Program-made: the position numbers and the translations under genes
Assembly (NCBI GenBank): GCA_036278915.1
Contig: DASUKB010000004.1
Span: forward strand, 73,441 to 137,440
Direction: 5' to 3'
Origin: Patescibacteria group bacterium
Lineage (GTDB): Bacteria > Patescibacteriota > Doudnabacteria > UBA920 > O2-02-FULL-48-8
Length of the DNA stretch: 64,000 nucleotides
Notes under the pieces: generated by a model
Told to the model about the DNA's origin: nothing
Databases searched by the model: none
Seen by the model: the letters and a program-made list of their open reading frames with translations, nothing else
Part shown: positions 63,263-64,000 of the stretch, one piece after another
Layout: every line of letters starts with the position of its first letter
Numbering within the stretch: the first letter of the stretch is position 1

Positions 63263-64000
63263 TTATTGCGTGAGCGTGTAGAGTTTACCGTCGGAACTGT
63301 TTATAAAGCAGATGATCTGGCCGTCCATAAACACATTATGCGGATGCATAGTCGCCTCAAACGTGTAGACGAGTTGTTTTTGCAAAGTTGTTAGATCAAA
63401 TTTGTAAATTGAATCCGCCTGGCCGTCGTTTAGATCCACGTACAAATTTTCTCCTGTCGCGTCAGCAGCAGTCTGATCCAGAGTCGCAGCCAGTCCAAGA
63501 TCCGTGGCCTTGGAAGCAGAGGCATCGTAAAGCCAAAGGTCCGGGCCGGAGCTCGATATTTGAGTGTAAATAAATTTATTCGCTCCAATCCATTGCGCTT
63601 CCGTGTTTTTCCCGGCATCTACGATTGTGGTAAACGCTCCTGTGGTAAGATCAGCTTCGTAAATTTTGTTCGTGTCCTGGATTTGCCCACGCCAGAGCAG
63701 CGCATGCAGGCCGTCAGGCGAAACCTTAATTTGTAAATCCGGCCAAAATACCGTGCTCAGCGCTTTGTAGCCGCTTAAATCCGCATTGGCCACCATTAGT
63801 TGACTCTGTTTGCCGTCAGTGGATTCCCAAATGTAGGCTATGCGCTTGCCATCCGGCAAAAAATCAAAACTTTGAACATTGGCCGGGTACGTGATAAATT
63901 TTTTGGCGCTGCTGTCGTAAAATTTGCGTGAAGAGTCAGCTGTGGCATTGGCCATGGTTATAAAGCTATCACCGGCCGCGGGCCAGACTGCCTGGTGAAA
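63263..64000 (-). CDS. TolB-like beta-propeller protein, 3' part; frame is open to the window end
   Basis: F.PDGKRIAY and VSPDG repeats; no stop codon between 63955 and 64000 in this frame. Confidence 0.8.
   Translation of the reverse strand, partial: FHQAVWPAAGDSFITMANATADSSRKFYDSSAKKFITYPANVQSFDFLPDGKRIAYIWESTDGKQSQLMVANADLSGYKALSTVFWPDLQIKVSPDGLHALLWRGQIQDTNKIYEADLTTGAFTTIVDAGKNTEAQWIGANKFIYTQISSSGPDLWLYDASASKATDLGLAATLDQTAADATGENLYVDLNDGQADSIYKFDLTTLQKQLVYTFEATMHPHNVFMDGQIICFINSSDGKLYTLTQ

Overview
64 kb of a bacterial chromosome whose gene content and style point to a Patescibacteria/CPR genome, possibly Doudnabacteria-like (inference). The indicators are CPR-type pilins, DUF5667/DUF5673-like proteins, short EF-Ts, TGS-less ThrRS, tRNA-Arg(GCG) and many apparently leaderless genes. 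The backbone is housekeeping: rsmH-mraZ, rplJL, mltG, HU, csp, rpmG, rpsB-tsf, rpmE-prfA-prmC, rplY, rodA, dnaE, thrS, miaA, gatCAB, recX, clpC, comF, an ECF sigma/anti-sigma pair, recG and seven tRNAs. Accessory blocks are a coupled operon of three paralogous membrane proteins plus a repeat-domain/pilin fusion, a histidine-kinase cluster next to tRNA-Tyr, a GT2/GT39-like/GH8/GH6 glucan locus and scattered orphan genes with strong Shine-Dalgarno (SD) sites. The most notable observations are: (1) single-gene cassettes downstream of tRNA-Trp separated by a 67-nt repeat that carries the stop codon, a tRNA-3'-like motif, a terminator and the next promoter, beside a GIY-YIG gene and a disrupted tRNA-Trp copy; (2) a minimal T-box riboswitch before thrS whose ACC specifier and UGGA bulge match the tRNA-Thr(GGU) encoded in this window; (3) several palindromic element families, some inserted in frame in miaA, thrS, prmC and dnaE; (4) small ORFs and candidate sRNA/leader RNAs missing from the ORF track. 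No CRISPR array, rRNA, integrase or IS transposase was seen.
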